Source of the DNA: Enoplolaimus lenunculus
Lineage: Eukaryota
DNA length: 64,000 nt
NCBI GenBank assembly: GCA_030248215.1
Contig: JASANG010001329.1
Coordinates: 434,001-498,000 of the forward strand
Direction: 5' to 3'
The notes beneath the pieces were generated by a model. That model searched no databases, had not been told where the DNA came from, and saw only the letters and a program-made list of their open reading frames with translations. Made by a program: the position numbers and the translations under genes. Below, one piece after another: positions 58,121-64,000 of this stretch (positions are counted from its first letter, which is position 1; every line of letters starts with the position of its first letter).

Positions 58121-59299
58121 CTAGAATGAAAAGTGCCCCGATGTGGCCATAGAAAACGATATGTTTCGGGTAGTAAGATTTTAGTTCAATACCGCTAGTA
58201 TTACAATTTCCATGCATGCGTATGAAGTTTTAAAACTAGATTAATTTGATGCCAATCAGCGTCCTCCCGAAACACGACACAACAATACTATAGAATTAAT
58301 AAAAGTTAAATCATTGAGTTTGATTGACTGCGTAACGGAAACATATCCGCAACTTTCTCTGAAAGCGGCCAAATATACATGCGATCCACTGTTTCGAAAT
58401 ATTAAAACAAGAAATAAATACTAGAATATAAATGACGAATTATGGTTGATATAAAAATTTTGAGTACACATTCGTGACATTAGTTTCTTGCACTTAGTAA
58501 ACTGAAGTTTCGAATATATGCAGAAAAATTTTGGGTTTTAAAAAGAGTATATAAGTAGAAATTAAGCGTAAAATGCTGGTGACCTAATATTAAAAACGTG
58601 TTTGTTCGTCAATTGGCTCAATGTAAAGAACAGGAGCGGATCAGTATTATAAGCATATTCCAAATCCTAAGCCTAAGCATAAGCATTAGCATGATCATAT
58701 TCCTAAGCCTAAACCTAAGCGTAAGAATAAGCATAATCCTAAACCTAAGCCAAGCAAAAAATGAAACTAAATCTTAATCTTATTCTATTCTAGTCCCGCA
58801 GATGAACATTCCGCCCCTGATCTTTACATTGGCCGTCATTGGAATATAACGCACATTTCGTCAGCAAAGTTGCAAATATTGTTTCGCTACGTACTCACTC
58901 AAATATTTTAATGTTTTAAAAGTTTAAAATCTGGGTACCGTTTAGCCAAGTATGGAGAGGGCACTGTATGGTACAAAATTTATACAGCTCCAAAACTTGA
59001 TGCGTTATCGTTTTCTATAGCCTCGTCGGGACACTTTACTGTCTATTGTGACTTTTCTCCGAAAAAGTTGCGGATATGTTTCCGTTACGCAGTCAATCAA
59101 ACTCAATGATTTAACTTTTATTAATTCTATAGTATTGTTGTGTCGTGTTTCGGGAGGACGCTGATTGGCATCAAATTAATCTAGTTTTAAAACTTCATAC
59201 GCATGCATGGAAATTGTAATACTAGCGGTATTGAACTAAAATCTTACTACCCGAAACATATCGTTTTCTATGGCCACATCGGGGCACTTTTCATTCTAG
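58121..59299. mobile_element. Non-autonomous DNA transposon with 236-bp terminal inverted repeats and a nested TTAGGC MITE (about 58615-58834)
   Basis: 58121-58356 is the reverse complement of 59064-59299; flanked by TTA on both sides. Confidence 0.85.
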
Positions 59300-59735
59300 T
59301 TACTAAGCTTTAGGAAGAAATTTGATGTAAAATTACCTTAAGTGCGAAAATATTCAAATTTAAAGTCATATATACTCACGTTATAATTGTTTTAGAACTG
59401 TTAAGCTATATTTCCATGAAAATTAAAAACAACATTTTCACAATCACAAAAGTCGCGCTTTCCTAATTTCATTTTTATTTATTAGGTAACTCGCTCAATT
59501 TATAATGTTAATATATTTTAATTCATATAAATTGTTTGAATTCAAATAGAAAATCAATACAATTGATAAGTACTTGCTCTAGTGAAAACTGATTTTATGC
59601 TGCATAGTAGTGTAGAACCTATACATCGGTATCGGTATTGTAATCGGTATTTTGGAAGAATACTGATTCCGATACTTTCAATTTTGTATTGCACACATGA
59701 ATTGCGTTAAACATATAATTGGAATGCGCAGCATT

Positions 59736-62700
59736 TAAAAATATGGCTGCAACAAATATTTTGTGAAACATGCTGAATACGCATTTGCATCAACATGCGG
59801 ACGTGGAAAATTGCTTGAAACACACTTTTGTTCGTTTCCTCTTAATTGTACAAGAAATTCTAATAATGAAATTCCATCCCCAGTCCAAACTGCGAATCCG
59901 CAACTATAAGGTTTGCTTTGTAACTTATTCTTGTTTTCTTTTCGAAAACGAAAAACTAAGGCGGCCGGGCGTGGGCCTGAAAAATCCGGGCCGGTTCATA
60001 CCATAATGAGAGCCCGCTGTGTTCGAGCGTCACGTTTTTGAAAGAGACTGCTTGCTTTGGGAACCTTATTAAATTAATGGTGTTAATTTTGCACGTCAAA
60101 ATTTCTTCAAATATTCTACACCTAGTTTTGGACATGTCAGTGTTCAACTTGGTGCTACCAATAATACATACTTTATGGGTCCACCACTTTGAATGAAAAG
60201 CTTTGCAGCCATAAGGTTCTAGCTCGCAAATAAACAGTTTTCGACAACTTGAGGTTACGTTTACGTTTTCAAAAACGCGCCTTGGCAAACACATAAAAAA
60301 CTAGCTATGTTACTAATTTGTAATCATAAAGCTAATGTTTTTCGTAATTGTCCACTTAACATGTTTCGCATATATACGTACTAAACAATAGTATTTTCGT
60401 TAAATAAATAGCTTAACGTATATGGTTGAGAAAACTTATGTAGCACATAAAAAATTGGATTGTTACAATCTACGATTCTGTAGAACACCTTGCGACAAGA
60501 TTTGAATCCAAATACGAAGGCGAAACTTTGCGCTTCCGATTCTTATGAAAACGTTTACGTTTAATACTTCGACAATTTTTTATTTAAATATAGCGCATGA
60601 ACACCGGTTGCCATGATCTTGAATGACATACGTTTGTATATAAATACCACCAAAACAGAATAGTAGAAATAATAGACTTTTGAAAGAAACATAAGAGAGA
60701 TGTGAACACTTTTGGAAGAAACATATAATAGTGACACTACCGTGTCCCTATGATTTTAAGCGTTTATTTTTTGACACGATCCTTTTGATCGAATCAGTAG
60801 TGCTGGAGTGATTATACATTTGCGACACATTATTTAGACAAATTTCAGATTGTCATTGGAATTGTTTGGTTAAAGTGCAGTGGTGTGTGTTTGATTTTGT
60901 TTCAACCTATGCCAGGTTTTTCTTGGCAAGGCCGGATCCAGGGGGGATTGGGGGATGCATCCCCCACCGGCTACCGAGTGTATTTTTTCAGGGTTAAAAT
61001 CAAATTTACAATGAAAATTTTTGTTCCCATATCTCAAATTTTCGCAGTTGTTTAGGAGCTTCGCCCCGAAGATCAACAGAATAAATTTTCTATGTGCTTT
61101 GAAAAGTTTTAAAATGCGTCTGGCTTTTCTCTAGCTTCGCTTGCGAGTTTGGGGCTCCCACCCTGGAGTTTGGGGGGAGCCTTCATCGCTGTCTGCTCCA
61201 ACACTGCGAGCGAGTATCTTAAGTGTGGGGGAATAAAAAGTGCCAATTTGGCTACAGAGGGGCTGCTCCCTGCATCAGTCTGTCTATGGACTCTCTAGCG
61301 TATGCACAAACCTAAGCCTACACCTACACTTTAGCCTAAAGCGTAGGCTCAAGCTTAAGCCTAAACCTGAGTCTAAACCTAAACTTCTGAATACCCTATG
61401 CTTTTGGGAAATTGGGATATTACCCGGGAAATTTTAGAACTTTGGACAATTGGGATATTGCTCAGGAAATCGGGAGAGACCTGTTCTATGCATGGTCCAG
61501 TGTGTGTGACTTTCGGCTTTTTTTATATGCATAAAAATATGTTTAAACATGTACCAAAACTTAACATTTTCCACTTGTGCATCCCCCCACCAAAAATTTC
61601 TGGATTCGCCACTGCTTCTTGGTTAAAATTTTAGTAAGTGGTCAAACATATGCTAAGTTTATAAGTCCTAAAGTATACGTTTGAGCTCATTCTTTGTGTG
61701 ATCGATTTTGCAAATTATGCTCGGTCGCTTAAACCGGCAATTGTTAATTCAATGGTGTAAACCAGAAAGCTGTCGTCGCTGAAATTTGTAAAGCAATCGA
61801 AATAGGATTGCTTTGAATGCAACCACAAGTATGACAGCAAAATTTAGAGCAATTAGCATTTTACTATTAGGCGAAATGATCGTCATTTTCTTTCTGTACG
61901 TCTACTGAAATTAGAGACAGCTCAAGTTTAGTGTTAACGCTGCTGAGTGGCACGAGCTGCTGGATATGTTTGCGATAACTGCGTACAATAACGATGATTT
62001 ATGTTTCACGGATAAAATTCAAATATTTGAAAAGTGTATTGGTTGGTGATGCATTGTCACTCTGGAACCGCAGAACAAGATTTAATTGCGAAGCAGTTAT
62101 AACCGTACTGAAGCCGCGATACGGTCATGCACAAACCACACTTATTGCTCCATTTTGATGCTGCTATATATCTACCAGTAGTGTCGTATACCTCAAACTT
62201 GCAAAAACCGTATAACGAAAGTGAAACGCACATTTTTGCAGGTTAATTGCATTTAGGTCTTAACGACGAGCGGCGATAAAAACTAAATTGCATCTAAATA
62301 ACCGTACATCAGCAGTTTATTGCGCTGAGGCTATTTACTTTAAAAATGAAATCAGAGCTACAGAAAGTTAAGTGATCAATTGTTGTTCGCTACACAGCCA
62401 GCAGGGCAGAGACGATTCGACTGAAAAGGGGCAAAAACAAGTACAATAAACGTTCATAGCATCGAGAAACCTGAGCTACTTAGTCTGTTTGCCAACAGTT
62501 CCGATAAATCAATCTAGTATAGTTTTTGTGATAGCAAGTATTATTCGGATCAGTGTTTGACTTTTGTGCAGATTTTAAAAGTCGTAAGTTGAAAGTTCAT
62601 GGCGCAGGTATTATACTTGGTTCAGGAGCGGTCATTGGCAAACAAATGCCTAAACTCTCGTCCTTGCACCTATTGTCAGATCACCAAATAATAATTGGAG

Positions 62701-63180
62701 TTTTCGCGCAGCAAACAATTTTGAACGCCAAAATAATCGCAAGACCAAGTCACATTCCTTGATTTAAGCTGGCGACGAACTGAACTCAATATCGGTTGAG
62801 CCGGTGCACTCTACATTACCTTGTTTATGTGGAAACAGCGTTGTTGCAAACAGTGTTGCGAATGTGTGCGACGACTGTCCAAAACCAGTGAAAACAAGAC
62901 TACTTTTCGATACAGGATGCTCAGCGATACAAATTTATCGCACTGAATTAAAGAACGGTTGATGTTGATGGGATCCCAGATGTTATAAATGGCAGGCTTA
63001 GAATACATACAAAGCCGGTCCAAATTTTACAAAATCTTCGAAAACAACGTCTACCAACAAGATGAAACGAACTGAAGAGCTACGGAAAACGTTATGGATA
63101 AAACATTGTGCCAAATTTTGAAGAAATCTTCAGTTAATGATAGCAGAACATACCGTATGCAAACGATACTAAACTTGTTC
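59736..63180 (-). pseudogene. Possible decayed paralog of the divergent ionotropic-receptor-like gene
   Basis: Fragmented minus-strand frames. The 3' piece GFAVWTGDGISLLEFLVQLR resembles AGLITIGGGVLVLEILYFR, and SCRKLFICEL resembles KCLRRNVCEL of the 4773-6221 protein, in the same order. Confidence 0.3.
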
Positions 63181-64000
63181 ATATTGATATTTTGATTGAT
63201 TCCTATAACTTTTCGTTCTACAGGTACGGATCTAGCGCAATGACGTCATGATACCTACTGCTTTCTGCAACGTTAGTAAAAACCCGGTATTTACGCTTTT
63301 ATGTGCAAGCGGACCTATGTCCAGTGTGTAGAATTGTATTTTTGCCATATGTTGTTTAACTTGTGTATTTTATTTCACATTACACTAGTGTTTAAGTCTA
63401 GACTAAAGCATGAACATAAGTTTTGTTTTATTACAGAAAATATGCAAGGGAGATAGTAAACAAGCACCGGCTTGCTGCCCATGTATAGAATAGAACCGGA
63501 ATGTTTTTCTGCGGGGCTGTAAATAGAGCCAGGTTAAGCTTAAAACTAACTTTTTTGCTTAGGCTTAAGCTTAATAGAAATAGGCTCATCCTTACGCTTA
63601 GACTTAGACGCAGGCTTAGGCTTAGGCTTAGGAATATGCTTATTCTGCTGTTGCATGATATTTCGGGACGACAACGCAATGTCAACAAAACACAAAACCC
63701 CAATATTGCCAAAACACCACTAGTTACAAAGGCTATCAAGTTATAAGCGCGAGTAAGTATATGCGAAACTATTTTAGCGGATGTTAAAACACTAAATTTT
63801 CATCAATATAAACACTATCAGTATTCTAATACGCAAAGGACACGTTTTGCATTTTTGACACTCGATTGAATGTAGGCCTCGATTTAGACTCAGTCAAGCA
63901 ACTTCGGATTGCTTAAAGATAGATTTTCGACGCTTATTATTATCGCACGCGAGTTCAATGCGAATTTTGGTTCCAATCCGTTGAATCGAATCCTCATATT

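Overview
AT-rich, intron-containing animal genomic DNA, most likely from a nematode (TTAGGC telomere-type repeats, TTTTAG/TTTCAG acceptors, an nlp-6-like neuropeptide). It is not prokaryotic, and there is no CRISPR array, rRNA or convincing intact tRNA. Genes assembled by hand from splice signals and reading-frame phase: the last two exons of a SORBS/CAP-vinexin SH3 adaptor (+); an intronless divergent ionotropic-receptor-like ORF (-); a two-exon nlp-6-like GFamide neuropeptide precursor (+); a three-exon secreted protein of three 8-Cys repeats (-); a ten-coding-exon GCK-III kinase (gck-1/STK24-like, -); and a two-exon C/EBP bZIP factor (+). There are also probable decayed Cys-loop-channel and ionotropic-receptor pseudogenes. 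The highlight lies in the C/EBP intron: a full-length, TSD-bounded, frameshifted Vingi/Ingi-type non-LTR retrotransposon. Its first 74 nt fold on paper into an HDV-like self-cleaving ribozyme, followed by a variant 2A-like peptide, PHD finger, APE and RT. Intergenic and intronic DNA is dense with nested MITEs, including about 20 copies of a GG...CC, 8-bp-TSD (Merlin-like) family carrying degenerate TTAGGC arrays. All calls come from reading the sequence only; no database search or folding program was run.
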